Shown here: positions 18,187 to 26,024 of the stretch, piece after piece
Layout: each line of letters opens with the position of its first letter
Position numbering within the stretch: position 1 is the stretch's first letter
Assembly: GCA_030637655.1 (NCBI GenBank)
Contig: DAOWGI010000087.1
Location: forward strand, 1-26,024
Direction: 5' to 3'
DNA length: 26,024 bases
From: a candidate division FCPU426 bacterium
GTDB taxonomy: Bacteria > Oederibacteriota > JAAXVQ01 > JAUVAV01
The notes under the pieces: model-generated
Databases searched by the model: none
Seen by the model: the letters and a program-made list of their open reading frames with translations, nothing else
Told to the model about the DNA's origin: nothing
Position numbers and translations under genes: made by a program

Positions 18187-18987
18187 ATGCGCGAGAAATT
18201 AACAATCCGTAAAATATATGGCCGTCGGGCAGTGCTGGAAGCTCTGCGTTCCAAGGAGACCAAAGTTGAGAAAATAATTTTGGCCAAAGGAACCCATGGG
18301 GCAATTATGCATGACTTGCAGAATACGGCTCAAGCGCATAGAGTCCCTTTGGAATGGATGGACCGCCGACGCTTTGATAAATTCGCCGGATCGGGAGTGA
18401 CTCAAGGTGTTGTGGCTGTTATGAAAAAGCACGACTATGCGGATATTTCTCAGATATTGGAAAATTTGCAGCAGAGTTCTGAACAACCATTGTTGGTAGT
18501 TACCGATGAAATCGAAGATCCCAGAAACGTTGGTGCGATTGCCCGTTGCGCAGAAGGTGCCGGCGCGCAGGGTATGATTATTACTGCACATCGTAGTGCG
18601 GAAGTTACTGGTGTGGGGGAGAAAGCCTCCGGCGGGGCATTGCAGCATTTGCCGGTTGCTCAGGTTGTGAATTTAGCCAATGCTTTACAGAAAGTGAAAG
18701 CTGCAGGTCTTTGGGTAGTAGGGCTGGATGCCGAGGCAGGCGAACCGCTGTGGCAGGCGGATTTGAAACGTCCTTTGGCATTAGTGATTGGCAGTGAAGG
18801 AGAAGGATTGCGCCGCTTGACAAAAGAGTCTTGTGATATGCTTATAAAAATACCTATGCAGGGCAAAATCAGTTCTTTAAATGCTGCTGTAGCAGCAGGC
18901 ATTGTTTTGTTTGAAATTGTTCGTCAAAAACAGCAAAATCCCCCGTCTGTCAGAAGTTTTGAGGTTGAGAAACCAGGTCATTTATAG
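18187..18987 (+). CDS. rlmB: 23S rRNA (Gm2251) 2'-O-methyltransferase, SpoU/TrmH family
   Basis: IYGRRAVLEAL, QGVVA, DPRNVGAIAR, GSEGEGL, IPMQG.ISSLNAAVA; follows cysS. Confidence 0.92.
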   Translation: MREKLTIRKIYGRRAVLEALRSKETKVEKIILAKGTHGAIMHDLQNTAQAHRVPLEWMDRRRFDKFAGSGVTQGVVAVMKKHDYADISQILENLQQSSEQPLLVVTDEIEDPRNVGAIARCAEGAGAQGMIITAHRSAEVTGVGEKASGGALQHLPVAQVVNLANALQKVKAAGLWVVGLDAEAGEPLWQADLKRPLALVIGSEGEGLRRLTKESCDMLIKIPMQGKISSLNAAVAAGIVLFEIVRQKQQNPPSVRSFEVEKPGHL

Positions 18988-18993
18988 TATAAA
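18965..18993 (+). promoter_or_regulatory. Possible sigma-70 promoter for the tRNA genes
   Basis: TTGAGA-N17-TATAAA overlapping the end of rlmB; -10 lacks the conserved final T. Confidence 0.35.
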
Positions 18994-19010
18994 TTATTCT
19001 CTTTGTTGAG

Positions 19011-19036
19011 GTAGGGGCGACCCTCGCGGTCGCCCC
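19011..19036 (+). repeat. GTAG REP-like palindrome before tRNA copy 1
   Basis: GTA GGGGCGACC CTCGC GGTCGCCCC. Confidence 0.85.
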
Positions 19037-19048
19037 CGTGGTTTTAGA

Positions 19049-19124
19049 GCCACCATAGCTCAGTTGGTAGAGCGCCCGCCTTGTAAGCGGATGGTCGTTG
19101 GTTCGACTCCGACTGGTGGCTCCA
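19049..19124 (+). tRNA. tRNA-Thr(TGT)
   Basis: 76 nt cloverleaf: acceptor GCCACCA/TGGTGGC, D arm GCTC/GAGC, anticodon loop CTTGTAA, T arm GTTGG-TTCGACT-CCGAC, encoded CCA. Confidence 0.96.
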
Positions 19125-19170
19125 GCTTTTGATGAATACGCGCTGTCTCTTGAACTCGGCACTAGAAACT

Positions 19171-19195
19171 GTAGGGGCGACCCTTGCGGTCGCCC
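19171..19195 (+). repeat. GTAG REP-like palindrome before tRNA copy 2
   Basis: GTAG GGGCGACC CTTGC GGTCGCCC. Confidence 0.85.
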
Positions 19196-19207
19196 TGCGG
19201 TTTTAGA

Positions 19208-19282
19208 GCCACCATAGCTCAGTTGGTAGAGCGACCGCCTTGTAAGCGGATGGTCGTGGTTCGAATCCGACTGGTGGCTCCA
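19208..19282 (+). tRNA. Second tRNA-Thr(TGT) copy, possibly degenerate
   Basis: 75 nt; differs from copy 1 by two substitutions and a 1-nt deletion in the 5' T-stem (GTGG vs GTTGG); CCA intact. Confidence 0.8.
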
Positions 19283-19513
19283 GCTTCTAGAGTTTAGGAA
19301 ATGAGGTTGGATGAAAAGAGTCGGTTTTTGAATTACAATAACGTGTCTAATATACAACTAATTACAAATATGAAACATACGCTTTTGTGCTTTCCTACCC
19401 CGCTTCTCATTTACTGATTATTGAAAACCAACTCGTCCTAATAATCCCTGAAAAAATAACCGTTTTTTTTCGAATAGTATATTTTTTCCCACAGATAATA
19501 CTGCACCGAAAAT

Positions 19514-19529
19514 TGGCATGCATTTTGCA
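19514..19529 (+). promoter_or_regulatory. Sigma-54 (-24/-12) promoter of nifH
   Basis: TGGCATG-CATT-TTGCA matches TGGCACG-N4-TTGCW, GG-N10-GC spacing exact, ~85 nt before nifH. Confidence 0.9.
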
Positions 19530-19577
19530 TTATCTCTTAATCAGTAAATTAAAAAACGATGCCCTTTTACAATTTAG

Positions 19578-20438
<861 letters not shown>

Positions 20439-20459
20439 TAAAAAAACGAGGTGCTTAAC

Positions 20460-20786
20460 ATGAAAATGATACGAGCAGTTGTACGGCCGGAAAAATCAGG
20501 CGAAGTTTTGGAAGCCTTAATGGAGGCTGGTTACCCGGCGGTCACCAAGATATCGGTATTTGGCCGGGGCAAGCAGCGGGGGTTGAAAGTGGGCGAGATT
20601 CATTATGATGAGCTGCCCAAAGAATTGCTGTTAGTAGTGGTGCCTGACAGTGAACAGCAGTTTGTGTTGGACGCGGTTTTGAAATCAGCCCGCACCGGGT
20701 CTGCCGGCGCTTTCGGCGACGGCAAGATATTTGTTTCACCGGTAGAGGAGATATATACCATCAGCTCCGGAATCAAGGAGACTTGA
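20460..20786 (+). CDS. nifI1: PII-family nitrogenase regulator NifI1
   Basis: MKMIRAVVRPEK, GRGKQRG, YDELPK, GAFGDGKIFV; between nifH and nifD; start at ATG 20460. Confidence 0.93.
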   Translation: MKMIRAVVRPEKSGEVLEALMEAGYPAVTKISVFGRGKQRGLKVGEIHYDELPKELLLVVVPDSEQQFVLDAVLKSARTGSAGAFGDGKIFVSPVEEIYTISSGIKET

Positions 20787-20794
20787 TTTTGGAA

Positions 20795-20817
20795 GTGGGG
20801 GCGTTTAATTAAACGCC
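20795..20817 (+). repeat. REP-like palindrome variant (GTGG head)
   Basis: GTGG G then perfect 18-bp palindrome GGCGTTTAA|TTAAACGCC, 8 nt after nifI1 stop. Confidence 0.65.
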
Positions 20818-20882
20818 TTTTGCAATACTTATAAATTTCCGGGTAATGCGTCACAAATGACGGCCGGGGAAGGAGCACAGGC

Positions 20883-21263
20883 ATGAAAGAAGTAATGGCA
20901 GTAATCAGAATCAACATGATGAATATAACCAAAAAGGCGTTGGCTGAGGCCGGCATTTCCTCTTTTACCGCCACCGGTGGTGTGCACGGTCGGGGCAAAG
21001 GGAATGTGGATTTCAGGGTTATGCACGGAGCCCAACAGGGATATGAAGAAGCGGTATCCCAACTGGGCCGGGAACCGCGCTTAGTTGCCAAGCGCTCATT
21101 GACAGTAATTGTTCCGGATAACCTGGTGAAAAAGGTAGTAAATACAATTATGGAAGTGAATCGTACCGGCAAACCCGGCGACGGCAAGATATTTGTAATG
21201 CCGGTTCTGGAAGCGGCGCGAGTGCGCACAGGTGAATGCGGGGATGGTGTTTTGGATACTTAA
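20883..21263 (+). CDS. nifI2: PII-family nitrogenase regulator NifI2
   Basis: MKEVMAVIR.NM, GRGKG, long T-loop, NRTGKPGDGKIFV, RVRTGE. Confidence 0.93.
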   Translation: MKEVMAVIRINMMNITKKALAEAGISSFTATGGVHGRGKGNVDFRVMHGAQQGYEEAVSQLGREPRLVAKRSLTVIVPDNLVKKVVNTIMEVNRTGKPGDGKIFVMPVLEAARVRTGECGDGVLDT

Positions 21264-21280
21264 GTTTAGGAGGGTGTAAA

Positions 21281-22903
21281 ATGGAAAAAGTTAACTTGCC
21301 GGATGCGGCTAAAATTAAAGATGAACTGCTGAAAGTCTACCCCACCAAGGTAGCGCGTAAACGCAGTAAGCATATCACGGTAATCAGCCCGGAAAAAGAA
21401 GGTGACACTATCCAGGCTAATGTGCGAACTGTTCCCGGAATTATTACCCAGCGCGGTTGCTGCTACGCAGGCTGCAGGGGAGTGGTGCTCGGTCCGACAC
21501 GGGATATTGTTCAAATTATTCATGGTCCGGTGGGTTGTGCGTATTACAGTTGGCTGACCCGCCGCAACCAGACCCGGCCGAAAAGCGCGGATGCGCCGAA
21601 TTATATGACCTATTGTTTTACGACTGACATGCAGGAAGAGCAAATCATCTTCGGCGGAGAGAAAAAACTTAAGCAGGCGATCCAGGAAGCCTATGATTTA
21701 CTTCATCCTAAGGCAATTGGAATCTTCGCAACCTGTCCGGTAGGACTGATCGGCGATGATGTCCACCAGGTGGCCAGGGAAATGTCAAGAGAGCTGGGAA
21801 TCAATATATTCGGGTTTAGCTGCGAAGGATATAAAGGGGTCAGCCAGTCAGCCGGGCATCACATCGCTAATAACCAGTTGTTTAAACATGTGGTGGGACT
21901 GGATGATGAACCCATAGCCGGCAAGTATAAGATCAATCTTTTAGGTGAATATAATATCGGCGGAGACGGCTTTTTACTGGAGGAGATGTTTGTCCAGTGC
22001 GGGTTTACGCAGGTTTCCACGTTCAGCGGCAATTCATCGTACAACGATTTCTGCAAATCGCATAACGCGGATTTGAATCTGGTTATGTGTTATCGCTCGA
22101 TCAATTATATGGCGGAGATGATGCAAACCAAGTTTGGTATTCCCTGGCTGAAGATAAATTTTATCGGGGCGAAGGCCACGGCGGATTCGCTGCGTAAAAT
22201 TGCCGGTTATTTTGGGGATGCGAAATTAATTGATACGGTTGAAAAGTATATTGCCCAGGAGATGCCGGAAATTGAAAAAGTTCAGGCCGAGCTACGGCCA
22301 CGCCTGGAAGGCAAGCTGGCTCTGATTTTTGTGGGGGGGTCGCGCGCGCATCATTACCAGGAGCTTTTTAAGGAAATTGGAATGAAAGTGGTTGGCGCGG
22401 GATATGAATTCGCGCACCGTGATGATTACGAGGGGTGCAAAGTATTGGATGGGCTGGAAGTGGATGCGGACAGCCGGAATATCGAAGAATTGAAAGTTGA
22501 AAAGGACAGCACTCGTTTCCAGGCGCGTTTGAGCGCGGAGAAAAAGCAGAAACTGGAAAAAGGGGGAATCCAGCTTAACCATTACGAGGGCATGATTCCC
22601 AGCATGGAAAAAAACACGCTCTCCATCGATGATATCAGCCAGTTTGAGCAGGAAAAATTGCTGGAACTGTATAAACCGGCCATATTCTGCGCGGGCATTA
22701 AAGAAAAGTACGGAGTGCAGAAAAATGGGATCCCGTGCAAGCAACTGCATAGTTATGATTCCGGCGGGCCTTATGCCGGATTTCGGGGAGCAATAAATTT
22801 TTACCGGGAAATTGACAGAATTATTAATACTCGGATTTGGAAGCTGATTGACGCGCCTTGGAAGGAAGAGGAGCAGCTCAGGGCGGATTTTGCGACTACC
22901 TAG
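21281..22903 (+). CDS. nifD: Nitrogenase MoFe protein alpha chain (group II type)
   Basis: RGCCYAGC, HGPVGC, TCPVGLIGDD (P-cluster), GVSQSAGHH, MCYRS and LHSYD (FeMoco ligands), group II insertion; start at ATG 21281. Confidence 0.97.
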   Translation: MEKVNLPDAAKIKDELLKVYPTKVARKRSKHITVISPEKEGDTIQANVRTVPGIITQRGCCYAGCRGVVLGPTRDIVQIIHGPVGCAYYSWLTRRNQTRPKSADAPNYMTYCFTTDMQEEQIIFGGEKKLKQAIQEAYDLLHPKAIGIFATCPVGLIGDDVHQVAREMSRELGINIFGFSCEGYKGVSQSAGHHIANNQLFKHVVGLDDEPIAGKYKINLLGEYNIGGDGFLLEEMFVQCGFTQVSTFSGNSSYNDFCKSHNADLNLVMCYRSINYMAEMMQTKFGIPWLKINFIGAKATADSLRKIAGYFGDAKLIDTVEKYIAQEMPEIEKVQAELRPRLEGKLALIFVGGSRAHHYQELFKEIGMKVVGAGYEFAHRDDYEGCKVLDGLEVDADSRNIEELKVEKDSTRFQARLSAEKKQKLEKGGIQLNHYEGMIPSMEKNTLSIDDISQFEQEKLLELYKPAIFCAGIKEKYGVQKNGIPCKQLHSYDSGGPYAGFRGAINFYREIDRIINTRIWKLIDAPWKEEEQLRADFATT

Positions 22904-22930
22904 TACTTTTTGCGAAAAAGGAGAAAGCAC

Positions 22931-24307
22931 ATGCTATTAAGACATACTCCCAAAGAGATTAAACCCCGGCAGGCCTTGACCATAAACCCGGCCAAGACCT
23001 GCCAGCCCATAGGCGCGATCTACGCGGCCCTGGGAATTCATAAATGTTTGCCGCACAGCCACGGTTCGCAGGGATGCTGCGCCTATCACCGCAGTACCTT
23101 GACCCGGCATTACAAGGAGCCGATTATGGCAGCCACCAGTTCTTTTACTGAAGGATCCTCGGTATTCGGAGGACAGGCAAATCTTTTGCAGGCGCTCAAT
23201 AATATATTTACCATTTACAATCCGGATGTTGTTGCCATACATACGACCTGTCTTTCGGAAACCATCGGTGATGATGTGCCGCAGATTATCAGCAAGGCGC
23301 ATGAAGACGGAAAGATACCGGAAGGCAAGGTGGTTATTTCCGCGAGCACACCCAGTTATACGGGCTCGCATATTACAGGTTTTTCCAATATGGTTAAAAG
23401 CATGGCCCTGCAGCTCTCGGGCGGTGAAGGCCGAAAGCAGGAACAAATAAACATTATTCCCGGATGGGTGGAACCCTCGGATATGCGCGAGCTAAAGCGT
23501 CTCTGCCACGCGATGGGCTTAAATACAATTATGTTTCCGGATACTTCGGGGGTGGTTGATTCGCCGCAGACCGGAAAGTTTCAGATGTATTCTCAGGGTG
23601 GAGTCAGGCTGGATGAAATGCGGCGTATTGGCGATAGTGAAGTGACTATCGCATTAGGGGAATTTACTTCTCAGGCAGCGGCCGAGGCCCTGGACGCCAA
23701 GTACAAGGTTCCCTGTGAAATTCTCGACCTGCCGATCGGGCTTAGGGCAACGGACCGCTTTATTAATGTCCTACGCCCGCACTCCCGTTTGAAAGTTCCG
23801 GAGAGTATTAATTACGAGCGGGGACGGCTGGTAGATATGATTACGGATATGCAACAATATCTGTCCGGGAAAAGAGTGGCGCTCTTTGGCGATCCGGATC
23901 AGTTGGTATCGCTGAGCGAATTTTTAGTGGATATGGATATGCGTCCGGTATATGTTCTCACCGGCACGCGCGGCAAGAAATTCCTGCGGCGCATGCAGGA
24001 GATTTTGGACCCGGCGGTACCGGAAGCCAAAGTGCAGCACGCCGGAGATACTTTTCTGCTGCACCAGTGGATAAAAAACGAGTCCGTTGATTTATTGATC
24101 GGAAACAGCTATGGGAAATATATTGCCCGCGACGAGGATATACCTTTTGTGCGTTATGGTTTTCCAATTACCGACCGGGTAGGGCACACCTATTTCCCGA
24201 GCGTGGGATATCAGGGCGGAATGCAGTTGCTGGAGAGAATACTGGGGGTTTTGCTGGACCGTAAAGACCGGGATACACCGGAAGAGAGTTTTGAACTGGT
24301 AATGTGA
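22931..24307 (+). CDS. nifK: Nitrogenase MoFe protein beta chain
   Basis: NPAKTCQPIG, HGSQGCCAY, TTCLSETIGDD, TPSY.GSH; short N-terminus; start at ATG 22931. Confidence 0.97.
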   Translation: MLLRHTPKEIKPRQALTINPAKTCQPIGAIYAALGIHKCLPHSHGSQGCCAYHRSTLTRHYKEPIMAATSSFTEGSSVFGGQANLLQALNNIFTIYNPDVVAIHTTCLSETIGDDVPQIISKAHEDGKIPEGKVVISASTPSYTGSHITGFSNMVKSMALQLSGGEGRKQEQINIIPGWVEPSDMRELKRLCHAMGLNTIMFPDTSGVVDSPQTGKFQMYSQGGVRLDEMRRIGDSEVTIALGEFTSQAAAEALDAKYKVPCEILDLPIGLRATDRFINVLRPHSRLKVPESINYERGRLVDMITDMQQYLSGKRVALFGDPDQLVSLSEFLVDMDMRPVYVLTGTRGKKFLRRMQEILDPAVPEAKVQHAGDTFLLHQWIKNESVDLLIGNSYGKYIARDEDIPFVRYGFPITDRVGHTYFPSVGYQGGMQLLERILGVLLDRKDRDTPEESFELVM

Positions 24308-24337
24308 GCATGAAAGAAAAATAGAAAAAAACGGGGT

Positions 24338-24413
24338 GGTAGCCGCAGGCTTTAGCCTGCGTAGAAAACAAGAGTATCGGAAATTATTCGCAGGCTTAAA
24401 GCCCGCGGCTACC
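24338..24413. repeat. Inverted REP doublet (REPIN-like)
   Basis: GGTAGCCGCAGGCTTTAGCCTGCG (24338-24361), 27-nt spacer, CGCAGGCTTAAAGCCCGCGGCTACC (24389-24413), the near reverse complement. Confidence 0.85.
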
Positions 24414-24471
24414 GGAACAGAAAAATGACGATGTTTTTGACAATACGTGAGATGAAGCGCGGAGGCAAACT

Positions 24472-25830
24472 ATGGGAACTATACTGAAAGAACGCAAACA
24501 GCAGGTGTTTCGCAAAGGTGAGGATGCCTTTGCCATGGCCTGTGAGCGTAACAGTGCGGCCGGTTCTGTAAGCCAACGGGCCTGCGTGTTCTGCGGTTCG
24601 CGGGTAGTGCTTTATCCCATTGCGGATGCACTGCATCTGGTGCACGGTCCTGTCGGTTGCGCGGTCTATACCTGGGACATCCGCGGCGCGCTTTCCTCCG
24701 GGCCACAACTGCATCGCATGAGTTTTTCCACGGATTTGCAGGAAAAGGACGTAATTTACGGGGGAGAAAAAAAGCTCTATCACGCGCTGTGTGAACTGAT
24801 TGACGCGCATAGTCCTAAAGCGGCTTTTGTTTATGCTACCTGTATAACCGGGATTATTGGAGATGATATTGATGCGGTCTGCCGCCAGGTGGAATCAGAG
24901 AAAAGCATGCCGGTATTGGCAGTGCATTCCGCGGGTTTTAACGGGACCAAACGCGACGGGTATCGGGCAGCCTGTGAGGCTATTTTCAAATTAGTCGGTA
25001 CCAGGTCAGTTCCGGAAGCATACCCCTACAGTATCAACATACTGGGGGATTTTAACATTGCCGGTGAAACTTGGATCATCCGCGAATACTATAAGCAGAT
25101 GGGAGTAAAAGTTATTGCTACTATTACCGGGGACGGCCGCATTGCGGATATCCAACAGGCGCATACTGCTTCGCTTAATGTGGTGCAGTGCTCCGGTTCC
25201 ATGCTGCATCTGGCCAAACTGATGGAAGCTAAATACAATATACCGTTTATCCGGGTATCTTATATAGGAATCGAAGATACTTCGGAGGCGCTTTTGGAAG
25301 TAGCCCGGTTTTTTAAAGATAATGAGATGATACAGCGCACGTTATGCTTAGCAGCCGAAGCAACTCATAAGAGCATGTCTCTGGTAAAGAAATATCGACT
25401 CCATCTGGCCGGCAAGCGGGCGGCAGTTTATGTGGGAGGGGCGTTTAAGGCCTTCTCGCTGATCAAAGCCCTGCGCTTGCTGGATATGCAGGTCGTAGTA
25501 GTGGGGTCCCAAACCGGCCGGGCGGATGATTATAAACGCCTGCGCTCAATGTGCGATGAAGGCACAGTTATTCTGGATGATTCCAATCCAGTGGAGCTGG
25601 CCGCTTTTTCATTGGAAAAGAAGGTGGATATTTTCATTGGCGGCGTGAAGGAACGGCCTCTGGCCTATAAACTGGGCATCGCGTTTTGTGACCATAATCA
25701 TGAAAGAAAGACCGCTCTGGCCGGATATGAAGGCATGGAAAATTTCATCAAGGAAGTGTATGCCTCGATCATGAGTCCAGTCTGGAAATTGTTCCAACGC
25801 GATTATGCGGGTGCGTCCGCAGGAAGGTGA
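24472..25830 (+). CDS. nifE: FeMo-cofactor scaffold protein NifE
   Basis: GSVSQRACVFCGSRVV, HGPVGC..YTWDIRG, TCITGIIGDD, VQCSGS, DHNHER. Confidence 0.95.
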   Translation: MGTILKERKQQVFRKGEDAFAMACERNSAAGSVSQRACVFCGSRVVLYPIADALHLVHGPVGCAVYTWDIRGALSSGPQLHRMSFSTDLQEKDVIYGGEKKLYHALCELIDAHSPKAAFVYATCITGIIGDDIDAVCRQVESEKSMPVLAVHSAGFNGTKRDGYRAACEAIFKLVGTRSVPEAYPYSINILGDFNIAGETWIIREYYKQMGVKVIATITGDGRIADIQQAHTASLNVVQCSGSMLHLAKLMEAKYNIPFIRVSYIGIEDTSEALLEVARFFKDNEMIQRTLCLAAEATHKSMSLVKKYRLHLAGKRAAVYVGGAFKAFSLIKALRLLDMQVVVVGSQTGRADDYKRLRSMCDEGTVILDDSNPVELAAFSLEKKVDIFIGGVKERPLAYKLGIAFCDHNHERKTALAGYEGMENFIKEVYASIMSPVWKLFQRDYAGASAGR

Positions 25831-26024
25831 TGGAGATGCAAACCACAACAGCGACTGCAAATACTGCTACCGGCAATCCCTGTAAATTATGCTCCCCGCT
25901 GGGAGCCTGCCTGGTTTTCAAGGGCATAAAAGGCGCTTTACCCCTTTTGCATGGGTCCCAGGGCTGCGCCACTTATATCCGGCGCTACCTGATAAGCCAT
26001 TATAAAGAGCCGATTGACATTGCC
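25830..26024 (+). CDS. nifN: NifN (or NifN-B fusion), 5' fragment; absent from ORF track
   Basis: TGATG overlap with nifE; manual translation MEMQTTTATANTATGNPCKLCSPLGACLVFKGIKGALPLLHGSQGCATYIRRYLISHYKEPIDIA. Confidence 0.9.
   Translation, partial: MEMQTTTATANTATGNPCKLCSPLGACLVFKGIKGALPLLHGSQGCATYIRRYLISHYKEPIDIA

Noticed and set aside
19041-19209. GTTTTAGAGC occurs twice and resembles the start of a type II-A CRISPR repeat
   Set aside because: Only 10 nt, the last bases are the tRNA 5' end, and both copies are explained by the REP+tRNA duplication; no array spacing and no cas genes.
22904-22930. Alternative (V or Fe-only) nitrogenase
   Set aside because: Only 27 nt between D and K, so no vnfG/anfG; NifD has the group-II insertion and LHSYD, and nifEN follow.

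Overview
Bacterial chromosomal window, all real genes on the + strand. Bases 1-16477 hold an intact ribosomal super-operon: 3' end of tuf, S10 block, spc block, secY-adk-map-infA-rpmJ and the alpha block ending in rplQ, followed by an intrinsic terminator. Next come cysS, rlmB and a tandem pair of tRNA-Thr(TGT) genes, the second with a 1-nt T-stem deletion. A clear sigma-54 (-24/-12) promoter then precedes a group-II (anaerobe-type) Mo-nitrogenase cluster, nifH-nifI1-nifI2-nifD-nifK-nifE-nifN (truncated by the window end). The most unusual signal is non-coding: about a dozen GTAG-headed REP-like palindromes. They share a GTAG(GGGC) head but have different, individually self-complementary stems. 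Most start within 8 nt of a stop codon (twice the GTAG supplies the TAG stop), several sit inside the ribosomal operon, two carry nested secondary hairpins, one pair forms a REPIN-like doublet inside nif, and one marks the exact left boundary of the tRNA duplication. Protein oddities include a 128-aa Lys-rich histone-H1-like tail on L17, a basic N-terminal extension on IF-1 and an apparent 3-aa insertion in the exit-tunnel hairpin of L22. The organism cannot be named from sequence alone. Start codons were adjusted by eye using Shine-Dalgarno position and family knowledge.
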